DNA from: Octopus sinensis
Taxonomy: Eukaryota
Direction: 5' to 3'
DNA: 64,000 nt
Assembly (NCBI RefSeq): GCF_006345805.1
Contig: NC_042999.1
Coordinates: 67,518,001 to 67,582,000, forward strand
Part shown: in pieces, positions 62,339 to 64,000 of the stretch
Layout: every line of letters starts with the position of its first letter
How positions within the stretch are numbered: the stretch's first letter is position 1
The notes under the pieces: generated by a model
The model's input: only the letters and a program-made list of their open reading frames with translations
What the model was told of the DNA's origin: nothing
Database searches by the model: none
Translations under genes and position numbers: made by a program

Positions 62339-64000
62339 TATGTATGTATGTAAGATTCAAGGATCAAAGTGTAGGAAGAAAGTTAGCTTCAAGCAATCTG
62401 TAGTAAATATTAAAAATATACAACTTCAGGAACAATAGTGATTTATTGAGACGGAAGATTGTGGATTTTTTTGTATCGAAGATAAGCTAAAAAACATTTT
62501 TGGTATTTCACAGTAGGCGTCCAGGGCTGCCGGGGTATGTGAATAAGAATACAAGAGTTGAGGAGTAGATAAGATCAGGGCTACATATGTTTCATAGTAA
62601 GCAGAACCTTGGAAGTGGTAAATATCCAAGCGAGGTGTATACCACAGACTACTCGTCGGGCCAAGGGTATCTTAAATAAAGTTTACATTGTCGCAAGGAC
62701 GTACATGTTAACACACACACACACGTTATATCAAACCAATAAACTACTAGAATTTATGTAAATCTAGTTTATTGAGTGTTACTCTGTTATGCCAAATTGC
62801 TCCCAGTGTTTAGTACTGGTGCTGTTGATGATGATGGTTGTGATAATGGCAATGCTCCAAGCAGCTGGTATACTGTGTCACAATTATTGTATCTAGGCTG
62901 TAGAAACTAATGTGTGTGAAAGTGTGTTATCTCTGGTTCAAAAAGTCAGAGGTTATTGTAATTATTTTGAAAAATTATATTCTATCTATTGTATTTATCA
63001 GCTGTGAAACTGAAGTTGGTGTGTGTGTCTGTGTGTGTTTATTTGGGTAGATATGTTTGTAAGTACAAAAAAAAAAAAAAAGCTGATGTAAAATTATGTC
63101 ATAGTGGTTTGGATGTCAGACCCCTAATTGTTAATAATAACTTATTTAAACACAAATAAAACAGAGAGCAAAATGATGTAGCAAAGACTTTTATGGATCT
63201 AAATATTAATTATTGATTAATAAAAACCAAAGCTGAAGGCTGTAAGAAGAGAAAGTGTTGTTTGAACATGAAGTGGATTGTATTCTCGTTTGTGAGAGCA
63301 TTTGAGTTTATTTCAGATATTCTTATTTTAAACATTGTTAGGCTGTGGGCTTCAATCTTGGACAGGGCCACAGGCTGTGTCCTTGAGCAAGACACTTTAT
63401 TTTTATGTTGCCTCAGTCCCCTCAGCTGAAAATGGCTATCAATAAAAGTCGGTGATGGTGATGGTGTTGGCTTAACCTTGTAATGGTGGTTGATATCGTA
63501 TTAACCTCAACATTGGCTGGGGTATTTTGTCCTCTTGTATTTAAACACCATGGAATGGTAGGCATTAATTAATTTATTTATAATGATGATGTTGATGACA
63601 GCAATGAGGATGTTTGTAAGCAAATGGCATGCAATAGTGGGTCAAACAGAATTATAGAGTTTGTGAATTGATGAACAAAATGAAATATTTTATGTTCCTT
63701 TACAATCTTAGTTCAAATCAAATCTCCCCAAGGCTGATTAAATATGAACCAATCAAGTACCAAAGGTAGAAACCATTATGTTATTAATAGAGTAGATGGC
63801 ACAATTCCAGGATCAATAGTGTGTGTGTGTGTGTTCTGCCCTTTGTTTAGTACACAGATTTTTTTAAGTGTTTTTAAGTCTGAGCTTGGTTGAATTTTCT
63901 TATCTCTGAGTTTTATCTAACATGATATTACAGATTTTTACTACATTTTCTTCCCTTCTAGTTAGCCTTGGCACATTTTCCCTAAATTAAATGTCATACT

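Overview
Eukaryotic, AT-rich (TA/CA microsatellite-laden), repeat-dense animal genomic DNA. The SINE/LINE families resemble those of Octopus and other coleoid cephalopods; this is inferred from memory, not from a database search. Left third: a minus-strand NKAP gene with 8 phase-consistent coding exons (15847 to 413). Its last exon lies left of the window and its probable 5'UTR exon is near 21.1 kb. A second CpG-rich promoter at about 31.0 kb leads to a probable plus-strand first coding exon (31388-31474) of an unidentified gene. Weak candidate antisense exons lie at 40.5-53.8 kb. The rest is mostly mobile DNA: a 5'-truncated RTE LINE (43.8-48.1 kb), more than 20 scattered copies of its 3'UTR, at least four tRNA-SINE families, a bipartite non-autonomous RTE, Tx1/CR1/R4/Penelope relics, a Helitron, mariner and piggyBac-like MITEs, two 8-bp-TSD elements carrying telomere-like repeats, and several near-perfect foldback palindromes. 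The most unusual items are a PHD finger inserted inside the RTE reverse transcriptase, hierarchical tandem amplification of that LINE's 3' end, and a 196-bp, ~98% identical foldback next to the NKAP promoter. No CRISPR, rRNA or bona fide tRNA gene was seen. Repeat boundaries are approximate (about +/-20 bp) unless a TSD or splice site is given.
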